Below are positions 1-11,049 of a stretch of 64,000 nucleotides of DNA, one piece after another. The notes under the pieces were generated by a model. It worked only from the letters and a program-made list of their open reading frames with translations. It did not search any database and had not been told where the DNA came from. The stretch spans positions 15,996,001 through 16,060,000 of the forward strand of contig JBHGNT010000015.1 of NCBI GenBank assembly GCA_043228905.1, read 5' to 3'. Source of the stretch: Azolla caroliniana. Lineage: Eukaryota > Plantae > Polypodiophyta. How positions within the stretch are numbered: the stretch's first letter is position 1; every line of letters starts with the position of its first letter. The position numbers and the translations under genes were made by a program.

Positions 1-405
1 AACAGCCATGTCGTTACGCAACTCAATGCCCACGACGCGATAAAGGGAAAGGGCCAGCGGTGATACAATCACGATAGAAGTCCATCAAGTTACAACCTGC
101 AGCAAGGCGAAAAACACGGACTGGACGGAGCAAGACGAGATCCGAAAAGCTTCACAAGCCTGGGTAGAGAAGGCAAATGAAGCCAATGTTGAACGGATGT
201 GGCAAGAGTCCGGCCACAGTGCCACACATATGTGAGACATGGTATTAACGCCAAACCCAATATGGCAAGCACTAACCGATTGTGAAATTACGTTGACCAT
301 GGAAAAATTATTACGACTTGTCCCTCAATTCCGACAAACCGTAGAAAACTGGATGCGGGGCTCGGACAGACTAGATATTTCGGCCAATTATACAAAGTCT
401 AGCAC

Positions 406-441
<36 letters not shown>

Positions 442-3390
442 TGGTGGATCACCACAACCCAGCTATCAAGGTGGTGCTGCAAGGGCAAGAAATCACGGGA
501 TGCATTGTCAACGGAGGTTCCGGAGTGAATGTGATCAGTATAACCACATGTAACCACCTCCGAGGTATTATTGAATGGGAGGCATGCCCATTTCAGGTTC
601 CCTTTGAAATTTCTGCCGTTGTGTTGGCTTTTGCCTCCAGGGGCGTATCCGATCTTGTTAGGAAGACCATGGTTGCGTTCTTCTAACATCAAGCACAACT
701 GGCAACACAACTGCATTAGCTCCAGGTACCGACACAAGAGAACTCCGCACCTACAAAAGCAATAATGCCACTATACGCGGAAGAAATTAACATGCTAGAA
801 GGGTTGGAGGACATGGAACTCGAAGCATACCTGGATGAAAATCCGTGGATAGTACCGTTGTTTGAAATAGACGTCCTCGAGACTGCTAGCGAGTACATCC
901 CAACGAGTGCTCCGAACAATGATAAATACGAACTAGATCCAAAATCTATGTTGGAGCTGAGCAAGGCATGGGAGGCGTTTGATAGGGAGATGGAAATATC
1001 ACGAAGAGTCACAACGTCGACCTTGGAGGAAATCAATTTAGGGCCAGCCGAGGTACCAAGGCTACTAACAATCGCAAAGGACTTGACGCCAAGAGAAAAA
1101 ATGGCCATGACTGAGTTGTTACGGGAGTTTAAAGATGTCTTTGTGTGGTCACATGAGGACATGAAGGGGCTAGAACCAAAATTTTACCAACACAAAATTA
1201 ACTTGGGCAATGATGTGAAACTAGTTCAACAGAGATGTTATCGCATGAACCCGAACTACATAGCACGCGTAAAACAGGAAATTTACAAACTCTTGAAAGA
1301 TGGATTTATTCGGCCGGTAAACCAAGCGACATGTCTTAGTCCAATAGTGGTCGTACCAAAGAAAAATGGCAAAATACGGGTATGTGTCAACTACCGCAAG
1401 TTAAACGTTGTCACAATCACCGACGCATTCCCCTTGCCATTTACGAATAGTGTACTAGACGTAGTCGCAGGTCACGACATGTACAATTTTCTGGATGGGT
1501 TTGGCGGGTATAACCAAATACGTATGCACTTGGAGGATCAGGAGAAAACCGCTTTTGTAACCAAATGGGGCATCTTTGTGGCTGTGGTAATGATATTCGG
1601 ACTAAAGACCACTCCAACCACGTTCCAACACACCATTGCGGAGATTTTCGGCGACTTCGTCCCTCCGTTCATGCAAGTCTTCCTAGACGGCTTTGCGGTC
1701 TATGGGACGCGAGGGGATCACTTGACCAATCTAAGGCTATGTTTAGAACGATGCCGTACTTCGCGCCTCAGCCTCTACCCAGCCAAGTGGGCATTCGGGG
1801 TCAAGAGCAGAACCCTTCTCGGGCACATAGTGAGCAAGGACGGTATAGCAGTGGACCCTGACAAAATCAAAGCCATAGTCGAGGCTAACACCCCTAGTAA
1901 TGCAAAGGCCCTTTGACATTTTTTAGGGAAAATCCGGTGGCACAATCGAATGCTCCGTTATTTGGCGGATTTCGGAAACACCGCTACAAGCTGTGGTGCA
2001 CCGCACACCATTCAAATGGACGGCAACGGAGGATAAGGCGTACGAAGCACTGAAAGTGATGCTGACACAAGCATAGACTGGTCAAAGCCATTTCTCGTAT
2101 CGGCATCGCACTTATGCAGCTCACCAAGCCCAGCTGGTATCGGCTAATATACTATTCTCGTCGCAAATTGTCAAATGCCGAATATAACTATTCGACAACC
2201 GAGTGCGAAGCTCTGGGTATCATCTACAACGTCAATAAATTTCGATATTATTTATTAGGTCGGAAATTCACGTTTCACGTGGATCACGCCACATTATTGT
2301 ACCTGGTTGCTAAACAGTCATTAACCGGAAAATTATCCAAATGGATGTTGCTAATACAGGAATTCAAATTCAAGATCGAGCATCGGCTAGGGATCGACAA
2401 TGGCGACGAAGCAGCACCAAGGCACGACGATTTCCGGATGTAGAAATACTGCATATTGCGACAACTGGGACAAAGGAAGACAAGAATTTCCCGGATATGT
2501 GGCTGATGGAAATGACTTCTTAAGCACGGGGCTGCCACAACCACAACTAAGAACAGACGAAAAGAAAAGGCTCACAGTTCAGAGCCAGAACTTTTGCCTA
2601 GTCGAAGGGGTCTTATACCATAAGGGAAGCGATGGCATCTAGCAACGAGGTGTACGACAAGACGAGAAGAATGCGGAATTATGAGAAGCTGACTGCGGCA
2701 CAACAAGGGGATACTACGTGGGGGATGTTACGGCCGGGAAAGTATGGCAAGCAGTTCTATGGTGTCCAACTACATAAAGGGACATGTACAAATACTTCAA
2801 GGAGTGCGACCTCTGCCAGCGAATGGGCCAACCGTCGGAGCTAGCACAAATGCCCGACCAGTCGGTGCTTCCACCTTAAGCCTTTCCAGAAATAGGGCCT
2901 GGATTTCGTCGGACCCTTTACCCCAGTTGTGGCTCGGACTGGAAACAAATATATTCTAGTGGCCACGGATTATTGTACGAAATGGGTGGAGGCAACAGCG
3001 TTATGAGACAACACCGCGGCTTCAACGACCAAATTTTTGTATGAACAGATTTGGCGCCATTTTGGCTGTCCTATCGAGCTCATGAGCGATCAAGGAAGTC
3101 ATTTCTTCAATATGGTCATTTACGATCTCACTAGACATTACGTCGTGGTACACAAGAAGAGTATATCGTATTATCCACAAGCAAATGGTCTCACGGAGTC
3201 AATGAATAAAACACTTCAGAATATCTTGAAAAATATCGTCAACGACAACTACACGGATTGGGACATGAAGTTGCACAATGCCTTATGGGCATACCACACG
3301 AGCTTCAAAACCAACGTCCAATCAACACCATTCTGGCTAGCATTTGGGTTAGAAGTTGTAATGCATGTAGAATTTTAGATACCAAGTTTA
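1..3390 (+). mobile_element. Degenerate Ty3/Gypsy non-chromovirus (Athila/Tat-like) internal region: gag end, protease, RT, RNase H, integrase
   Basis: ORF 441-686 has a protease-like IVNGGSGVNVI motif. ORF 765-1916 is RT (SPIVVVPKKNGKIRVCV, FLDGFGGYNQI, FGLKT). ORF 2114-2443 is RNase H (NYSTTECEALG). ORF 3037-3378 is integrase (FGCPIELMSDQGSHF, YYPQANG). Domain order is RT-RH-INT, with many stops and frameshifts. Confidence 0.9.
408..440. repeat. Poly-C homopolymer (33 nt) at the gag/protease junction
   Basis: Uninterrupted C run at 408-440. Confidence 0.9.
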
Positions 3391-4941
3391 CAAACATTCA
3401 AACATGCAGGGGAAGTTTTGCATCAAAAAATTAACGGATTTCGATTAAATGGTAAATGGTTAGGGTAAATGGTAATGATGATTATCGAAGAAGAAGATAA
3501 ACATGGTGTAATGGTGGAGATGATGAATGGTATGATGGTGAGAGATCATGAAGATGCAAGACAAGCATTGAGAAGCATTGTGGGGTGGGGGGTTGTGCCT
3601 AGAATGGCTCCACCCCCCTCCCAAGGGTGTTCAACGTTAAGGGGAAGGAAGAGAGGGAGAGAGTGATGACAAGAGAGAGATTAAGAGAGAAATGTTCCTT
3701 CTTTTCATTCATTCCCCATAAGGGGTTAAATAGGTACAAAAGGGAAGATACACGAGGGTACAAGCCCCTTGGGCATTCACACCTAGTTACTCACTCACAT
3801 CTCTTTGTATCCACCACACTCACACTTACATTCACACTCATAATCGTGGATTATCTTAATATCTTGGTATGGGAAGATGGAGGTCTTCATGAGCTTTCGA
3901 ATGTACTTTACTACATTTGAAACGGACAAATAAATGTCAAGTTATGCGAATGTAAAGTTTGAGAAGAAGAAGAGAAAAACAAAACTATGAGATATCCCAC
4001 ATAGATAGGACAAATCAGGATCCCACAGTATATAAGCAAAGCCAGAACTTATTACTTTCTGTCTATGAGTGGAGCCCAGAATGTTTTTGGGCTAAACTGT
4101 GGCTTAACTACTCGTAATGGTTTTAGCGGAACCGAAACCCAAATCGGATGGCGACCGAACCGGAATCGGAACGGACGGACGGCGACGGAACCAGAACGGA
4201 TAGACCGAATCACCGAGTCAGGAGCGAACCGGATAGACGGATTGATCGGAGATAGGTTGATCGCGACAATTTCGGTGTGAAACGAACAAAATCATCTAGA
4301 CTGAAAAACCTATTAGAAATTTGTAATCAAAGGGATGCTTTCAAAGCAAGACTTGAACCTTGCATCTCCAAGATAGGAGCCAATAGACTTACCACTAGAC
4401 TTAGTCATTTCCTTAAAAATGTTTTCTCTATCATTATACTTTTACATGTAAATTCTCATATTAGAGCTTGATTGAGTGACATGGTTATCATGCATCACAT
4501 GTAATGCATGAGCGCCAAATGGCAAACATGCATCACATGCATTCCATGCATTCCATGCATCACATGCATTCCATGCATCACATGCATTCCATGCATTGTA
4601 TGCATGTCTTGTACCCTCACATGCATAATATGCATGGGGGCGTCTATAAACTAGTGGATGAAGAAGAAAAACGGGAGCGATGTATTAATCAAGAAAATTA
4701 AAAGTAAGAAATTTGTTATCCAATTGATGTATCAATCTTGTTCTTCAAATCTAATGTCAAGAGTTCAATCTTAATCTCTCTCAATCTAAAGTCAAACGTT
4801 CTATCTTATCTCAATCTCTCTCTCTTTCAATCTATCTTAATTCCTTTCTCGCTAAAGCTAGTACAAACTTCGAGTCCTTCCGGTCCAAAACCCTGGCGGT
4901 TCCACCTCACGATCCACACGTAGTGACGAATCTTCACGACA
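3391..4941 (+). mobile_element. LTR-like non-coding DNA; the right part (about 4300-4941) is an LTR ending CTTCACGACA, homologous in reverse orientation to 49999-50953; left boundary unresolved
   Basis: Terminal cttcacgaca at 4932-4941, TATAAA at 4645, CATGCA array, tRNA-like module. The reverse complement of about 4340-4640 aligns by eye with about 50530-50760. Confidence 0.6.
4527..4595. repeat. 9-bp tandem repeat CATGCA(TCA/TTC) x8 (RY-motif array)
   Basis: CATGCA at 4527, 4536, 4545, 4554, 4563, 4572, 4581 and 4590. Confidence 0.9.
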
Positions 4942-5323
4942 ACAGACTTCATGAACAACTAGACACAGCTCGTGTCAAGCACGGTCCTATCCAATGTCAA
5001 GAGTCGATCAAACTATTTCTCGAACTCCTGGAGGAGCACCAACGTGCTCCTCCCCTTTCTAGGGCTTTCGACCCATTCCATAAAGTCTCGCTTCAACAGT
5101 CGGAGCGAGTCATCGAACCCATACCTCTCGAGAAGCTGTCCTTTGAACTCCTCCCAAGTCTGGCAACCAGCCTGCACCTTGAGCACGTCCGCCTGGATGC
5201 TCGGCGTTACCACCCGAGGGAATCCGGATAGTCCTCTATCCTCTGGGAGGTCCCTCATTATCATTTCGGCCCGGTAGGGCTCGAGATAGCTTGTCACGTT
5301 CTTACCTCCAAACCGGCCTATTG
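4942..5323 (-). pseudogene. gag fragment of the tRNA-Trp-primed Gypsy family; continues at 10793-10990 on the far side of the Copia-A insertion
   Basis: ORF 5013-5357 (IGRFGGKNVTSYLE...LKRDFMEWVE) matches ORFs 35082-35465 and 34725-35063. A degenerate Trp PBS (ttcacgtcagggttc) lies near 10924. Confidence 0.8.
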
Positions 5324-5615
5324 TGTTGGAGACAAAGTCGTCTGTGCGGAAGATCAAGAAGCATTCGATTGCTGTTGAATACCTGCGTATGACAGTTTGT
5401 AGGTCGTTGCACAGAGAGAGAGAGAGAGAGAGAGACAGAGAGGCACAAAAGACTTTCTTATTCCATAAAGCAATAATACAACACCCAACCTTACAAAAAG
5501 GTTACAAGGTCACTATATATAGTGACCAACTTAGGGCAACTACCCTTTATGCTAATTACATAAATGGCCAAAACGGGATAGTGTGAATACGTCCATTATA
5601 CACATGTATTCGACA
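5324..5615 (-). repeat. 3' LTR of Copia-A1
   Basis: Direct repeat of 10496-10787; borders the PPT. Confidence 0.95.
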
Positions 5616-5808
5616 CTCCCCCGTAATGGGCGTATACATGGGTTATCTAAGATTACAGGTATAGACTTAGGTTCTCGGACATATCAGCTTTGTTCGAGTC
5701 GGCAGGGTCCGAAGGCAGAAGACCGAACTGGTCGGGTCGGAACAGTTGAAGCCGATCATTAAGGAACTGATGTCGGTTGTCGGGAACCATCCTGCTCTGT
5801 GTCCGGCT

Positions 5809-8800
5809 CTAACCGGACTGGTTTGTCGTTACGCCCATCTGATGCCGAAGAGACCGAAAACGGTCTGCCGAAAGACACTTGGTCATTCCATCTCCGACAT
5901 TGTCGGTTGTGGATATTTTCTCTAGACCGATTTTCCCTGAAATGACGCAGTCCCGAACGAAGTGATATCGAACGTCGATATGTTTGGAGGCGTTGTGGTG
6001 AACCGGATTTTTCGACAAGGCAACAGCACCTTGACTGTCGCTGTAGACAACTGGAGCCGAGTCATGGTCGACTTGTCGAAACGTGTGCGCCAGCCGACCG
6101 AGCCACAAAGCTTCTTTTGCTGCGTCGGACGCAGCTACATATTCTGCTTCGGTCGTTGAGGTCGTTGTGCACTCCTGAAGTTTCGACTTCCACGAGATTG
6201 CTCCATTGCCGAATTTGAAGCAGTATCCGGTTGTTGATTTCCGACTGTCTATACAGCCGGCGAAGTCCGAGTCGGTGTAACCGACTACGCCTGAGGTTCG
6301 GTTCGGACCGAAAAGAATGCCGTGGTCTTTTGTGCCAGCCAGATATCTGAACACATGCTTGACTGCGTTCCAATGCGATCGGCCAGGATTGTGCATAAAT
6401 CTGCTAACGACTCCTACGGCGTGAGAAATATCAGGCCGTGTCGCGACCATCAGGTACATAAGGGAGCCGACTACCGGTGCATACGGTACCGACTTCATAT
6501 CTTCCCCCTCCGGACCGGATGTCGGGCAGTCTCGCTGAGAGAGCCGAAGATTCATGGGGAGCGGGGTTGAAGCAGATTTGGCTGATTGCATGTTGAAGCG
6601 TTCCAAGACACGTCCGATATAGTCGGTCTGAGACAAAAAAAGATGTCGTTTATCGCGATGCCGACTAATTTTCATGCCAAGGATGTGTCGTGCCGGACCG
6701 AGGTCCTTCATGGCAAACTTCAACCGCAGTTGCCGAACGAGATCGGCAAGTTCGCCCGCGTGGCGTCCAGAAATGAGCATGTCGTCCACGTAAATGATGA
6801 GGAAGATGGGTGATCCATCTTGAGCTGTGTTGGTAAAGAGACAATGGTCCTCATCGCTTTTTGAGAAGCCGATCGATTGGATGAAGTCGTCGAACTTCTT
6901 GTACCATTGTCGCGGTGCCTGTTTGAGGCCGTATAGACTCTTCCTGAGTCGGCAGACTAGATGTTCTTGGCCGGTTGCCACGAAGCCTTTTGGCTGCTCC
7001 ATATAAATTTCCTCGTCAAGATCACCATGGAGGAATGCTGTTTTGACATCTAGCTGAATCAGCTCCAAGTTGTCGGCTGCCACTACGCCGAGTAGAAAAC
7101 GAAGGGTTGTCATTTTCACCACTGGTGAAAAAATCTCGTCGAAGTCGACGCCATATTCTTGTCGGAAGCCCTTCGCAACTAATCTGGCCTTGTACTTTGG
7201 GGTGGTCGAATCAGACGTCTCTTTTAGTCGATAAACCCACTTGCAAGGAAGAGCACGTCGGTTCCTAGGTAATTCAACCAGATCCCAAGTCTTGTTTGCC
7301 CGAATGGAGTGCATTTCCGACTCCATCGCCAGATGCCAGGTGGCGGAATCGACAGATGTCGATGCTTCTTCGTAAGACGTCGGTTCGCCGGCGTCGGTGA
7401 AGAAAATTCCAGGAGAATACCTCTCCGGAGGTTGCGACAGTCTCTCGGATCGGCGAGGTAAGATTGGACTGGTCGCATCGGGTATCAAGGTCGGATGGTC
7501 CGAAAGCGGATTGTTCTGCTGTGCCGAGTCGGGGTTGTCCGAGTCGGTAGTGTAAGGTTCAGCTACCCGTGAAGCTGACCGTGTGTTGAGAGCGGGGCCT
7601 TCTTGAAGGGTCGGCACATCGGAAAATGTTACCCTTCGGACTTCGATCGGTTTTTCGACTGATGGATTCATAGCCGACTCGTTGAACACAACGTCCGAAC
7701 TTCGAACGATTTGTCTGCGTTCGGGATCCCAGAGTCGGTATCCCATTTCGCCGTCGGATCCATATCCGAGGAAAATGCATTTCCTGGACCGAGGTGCAAG
7801 TTTTCGGCGATCATCTTTCGGAATAAGGGCGTACGCCTCGCATCCGAAGATCCTCAGCTTGTCGTAATTCGGCTTACTGCCGATCCATAGTTCCTGAGGA
7901 ATTTGAAGTCCTAGAGGTCTACTTGGCGACATATTGATTATGTGTACTGCCGTGAGTAGAGCCTCTGCCCAGAAGCCATCCGACAGTCCGGAGTGTTGGA
8001 GCATGGAAACTATCCGTTCTTGGATTGTCCGATTCATGCGTTCGGCAATCCCGTTTTGCTCCGGACTGTGTGGTGCCGTAAATTCACGTCGGATGCCGCG
8101 TTGTCGGCAGAATTTGACGAATTCTTCGGATTTAAACTCTCCCCCATTGTCTGTCCGAAAGCATTTCAGCTTTCGGTCGGTTTGATTTTCTACCATAGCG
8201 AGCCAATCGGTGAAGATCGAGAAGACCCGATCTTTGGTGCGAATTGGATAAGCCCACACCTTTCGAGTCGAATCGTCAATAAAAGTGACGAAGTAAGAGG
8301 CACCGCCGAGAGACTGATGCGGCATTGGGCCACAGACGTCCGAGTGGACCAAATCGAGAGGTCTCGTTTCTCTTGGTGCTGATGTCGGGTGTGATGCGGC
8401 TGCTTGTTTGCCATACTGGCAATGCTCGCAGAATTGATGGTCCGAGAAGGAGAGTTTGGGGATGTATCCGGCTCTAGATAGGTGCGTGATGCCGGCCTTG
8501 CTGAGGTGTCCTAATCTTCGGTGCCATAGTGATGACACATGAATATCCACCAAAAACAGGTTACCCTCTCTGAGCGTAACATGTAACGGATACAGGGAGT
8601 GTATCTTGGGTCCTCTAGCAAGCAGGAGGTTCCCCCTGTGGAGTGTCCACCCTCCCGAAGAAAAACCGGCACGAATGCCGTCTTCATCTAGTTGTCCGAC
8701 TGAGATCAATGGCCTTGAGAGCTCGGGTACATGTCGGACATCGTGGAGTACAAGTGTAGAGCCACCTGCAAGGTTGAGCTCTACTGTGCCGATTCCGATG

Positions 8801-9825
8801 ATGTCACAGTGTTGTGAGTTGCCGACTCGAACTGAGTCGGAGTGACGGATCGTATATTGCCGAAATTGGGATCGATGAGGAGTCACGTGAAATGACGCGC
8901 CCGAATCTAAGAGCCATGTGCTCGATTCTTCAGTCGTGAGTAGAACTTCTGATCCGACTGGATTTTCGATTGATAGTATATTCGGGTCGTCTGGTAGTAC
9001 ATCAGCTGAGAAGCTGACGTAATTGATCTCCTCATGCCGGCCACTCTTCTTGTTGTTCTTGTTCTTGAGTGCGCGGCAGTCGGCTTTGATGTGTCCGGGT
9101 TTCTTGCAATAGTTGCAGATTCGGTTATCCCGTGACTGGCTCCGTCTTCGCATATTGTTCGGCGGCCGTGAGGAATCTCTTCCTCGTATGTTCGATCGGT
9201 CTGTCGAACCTTGTACTACATAAGCGTCTTCTGTTGAGTCTTTGGCGAAAGACTTTCTCCGAGCTGCTTCGGTCAGGATCGCGCTCGTGACTTCGGAGTA
9301 TTTAACAGCCGTGGTTGACGCGTTGCACACAGTTGTGACGAAAGTTTCCCATGATGAGGGAAGGCTGCTCATGAGTATCATTGCTCTGAGTTCATCCTCG
9401 ATTGCCGTCCCCTGTGACGAGATTTGGGAGCTTATGCTTTCGTACTCATTGAGGTGTGCTTGAACCGAATCGGATTCTTTCATCCGCAAGTTGTAGAGGC
9501 GCCGGATCAGAAACATCTTCGTTGCGGCGACCTTCTTTTCGTAAGTGTCCGACAGTGTTTTCCACAGTTCGAATGTTGTCGTACACGATTGCACCGTAAA
9601 GTATACCGACTCTGATAGGTGCATCCGAATCGTGGCGCGGACGATTCTGTCCAGCTTCTGCCACTCAACTGGTTTGTATCCTTCTGGAGGTTCTTCATTT
9701 TCGATGGGATCGATTTGCCCCTTGACTATGAGATAGTCCTGCATTTGTTCCTTCCAGAAGTTGAAGTTCGATCCATCGAACTTTCGTAGACTCATTTCTG
9801 ACGAGCCGGATGTTGATGCCATCAA
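5809..9825 (-). CDS. Copia gag-pol polyprotein (Gag, zinc knuckle, protease, integrase, RT, RNase H), 1338 aa
   Basis: CNYCKKPGHIKADC zinc knuckle; WLLDSGAS protease; HSDVCGP / RTDNGGEF / QNGIAERMN integrase; LDVKTAFLHG and YVDDML RT; YTDSDFAG / EAEY / KHIDVRYHF RNase H. No internal stops. First ATG is at 9822. Confidence 0.95.
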   Translation of the reverse strand: MMASTSGSSEMSLRKFDGSNFNFWKEQMQDYLIVKGQIDPIENEEPPEGYKPVEWQKLDRIVRATIRMHLSESVYFTVQSCTTTFELWKTLSDTYEKKVAATKMFLIRRLYNLRMKESDSVQAHLNEYESISSQISSQGTAIEDELRAMILMSSLPSSWETFVTTVCNASTTAVKYSEVTSAILTEAARRKSFAKDSTEDAYVVQGSTDRSNIRGRDSSRPPNNMRRRSQSRDNRICNYCKKPGHIKADCRALKNKNNKKSGRHEEINYVSFSADVLPDDPNILSIENPVGSEVLLTTEESSTWLLDSGASFHVTPHRSQFRQYTIRHSDSVRVGNSQHCDIIGIGTVELNLAGGSTLVLHDVRHVPELSRPLISVGQLDEDGIRAGFSSGGWTLHRGNLLLARGPKIHSLYPLHVTLREGNLFLVDIHVSSLWHRRLGHLSKAGITHLSRAGYIPKLSFSDHQFCEHCQYGKQAAASHPTSAPRETRPLDLVHSDVCGPMPHQSLGGASYFVTFIDDSTRKVWAYPIRTKDRVFSIFTDWLAMVENQTDRKLKCFRTDNGGEFKSEEFVKFCRQRGIRREFTAPHSPEQNGIAERMNRTIQERIVSMLQHSGLSDGFWAEALLTAVHIINMSPSRPLGLQIPQELWIGSKPNYDKLRIFGCEAYALIPKDDRRKLAPRSRKCIFLGYGSDGEMGYRLWDPERRQIVRSSDVVFNESAMNPSVEKPIEVRRVTFSDVPTLQEGPALNTRSASRVAEPYTTDSDNPDSAQQNNPLSDHPTLIPDATSPILPRRSERLSQPPERYSPGIFFTDAGEPTSYEEASTSVDSATWHLAMESEMHSIRANKTWDLVELPRNRRALPCKWVYRLKETSDSTTPKYKARLVAKGFRQEYGVDFDEIFSPVVKMTTLRFLLGVVAADNLELIQLDVKTAFLHGDLDEEIYMEQPKGFVATGQEHLVCRLRKSLYGLKQAPRQWYKKFDDFIQSIGFSKSDEDHCLFTNTAQDGSPIFLIIYVDDMLISGRHAGELADLVRQLRLKFAMKDLGPARHILGMKISRHRDKRHLFLSQTDYIGRVLERFNMQSAKSASTPLPMNLRLSQRDCPTSGPEGEDMKSVPYAPVVGSLMYLMVATRPDISHAVGVVSRFMHNPGRSHWNAVKHVFRYLAGTKDHGILFGPNRTSGVVGYTDSDFAGCIDSRKSTTGYCFKFGNGAISWKSKLQECTTTSTTEAEYVAASDAAKEALWLGRLAHTFRQVDHDSAPVVYSDSQGAVALSKNPVHHNASKHIDVRYHFVRDCVISGKIGLEKISTTDNVGDGMTKCLSADRFRSLRHQMGVTTNQSG

Positions 9826-10495
9826 ATTTGGTTTCGGTTGACGAAGCTCGGTTCGGAGTTGACTACGAGCCTTGTTGGAGTGCAGCCGGTTGGCTCACCC
9901 GATATCGCTCTAGTCGGATTTGAACCCGAGTCGGTTCGGCTTCGGAACTTGCTCGAATTGACTCCGGTAGCTTGAGGGACAGAACCGACTGGTCTTCCCG
10001 AATGTTGCCGAGTCGGAGTGAGCCCGGTTCGCTTCGGATATATATGCCGAATACCGATTATTGAAACCGATTATCTGGACCGATTCTGCTTCGGTTGACT
10101 GCAGCAACGAGAGAGACGGATCCGACTGATCCTCCCGAATGTCGATCAGCCAGATGAAGCACGAATTTGGGGTTGTTGTCTTGAGACCGATCTGCACCGA
10201 GTGGTTACAACGAGCGGCGAGCAGCGTTTGATGACCTCTTCGGATGCCGTTTAACCGAATGGAGCACGATCGTGTCAAAGTTGCACAAGGGGATTTCACC
10301 TCGAGCGGTTACGATCACAAGGAACGGAGTACAACCTGCTGGCTTACTCCAAGCAAAGATGATCTAACGCGATGAGATGCAGGCCTCGTTTTTCTTCTTC
10401 TTCTCTCTTTTTCGAATGACGCAGGAAACCGAATGCTGAGACGACGGCCGACAGCGGATTGAAGGACCGACTACTGTGCAGGCTCTGATACCAGA

Positions 10496-10787
10496 TGTTG
10501 GAGACAAAGTCGTCTGTGCGGAAGATCAAGAAGCATTTGATTGCTGTTGAATACCTGCGTATGACAGTTTGTAGGTCGTTGCACAGAGAGAGAGAGAGAG
10601 ACAGAGACAGAGAGGCACAAAAGACTTTCTTATTCCATAAAGCAATAATACAACACCCAACCTTACAAAAAGGTTACAAGGTCACTATATATAGTGACCG
10701 ACTTAGGGCAACTACCCTTTATGCTAATTACATAAATGGCCAAAACGGGATAGTGTGAATACGTCCATTATACACATGTATTCGACA
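10496..10787 (-). repeat. 5' LTR of Copia-A1
   Basis: Direct repeat of 5324-5615, followed by the Met-i PBS. Confidence 0.95.
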
Positions 10788-11049
10788 TATTGTGTCGACG
10801 ATCATTTCGATGGCCCTGTCAAGGGCACCCATACCTTGACGAGCATTCACCAGCCGGTCTACACTTGCCGCCATGGCTTTGGTGATTTCTGTTCCCCTCT
10901 CTTCACACTCCTATGCCGCCTTGTTCACGTCAGGGTTCGCGTATCTTTGTGTATGCGTGTGAATCTAGGCGGGACCGCTAGGGCCTCGGACCGAAGAGCT
11001 TAAGAAAGGGGGGGATGCGATCGGCAAGAGAGACGGACGGTGCATAAGA

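Larger units (their letters stand above)
5324..10787 (-). mobile_element. Intact Ty1/Copia LTR retrotransposon (Copia-A1, Tnt1-like polyprotein)
   Basis: LTRs at 10496-10787 and 5324-5615 (292 bp, TG...CA, about 3 differences). 5-bp TSD TATTG (5319-5323 / 10788-10792). Met-i PBS TGGTATCAGAGCC (10481-10493). PPT ACGGGGGAG next to 5616. Single open ORF. Confidence 0.97.

Noticed and set aside
3376-3390. AGATACCA as a minus-strand PBS marking an LTR border
   Set aside because: It lies in integrase coding sequence (EF*IPSL) and is not followed by a TG LTR start.
4504-4701. His/Met-rich metal-binding peptide (MHHMHSMH...)
   Set aside because: Simply the translation of the 9-bp CATGCA repeat inside an LTR.
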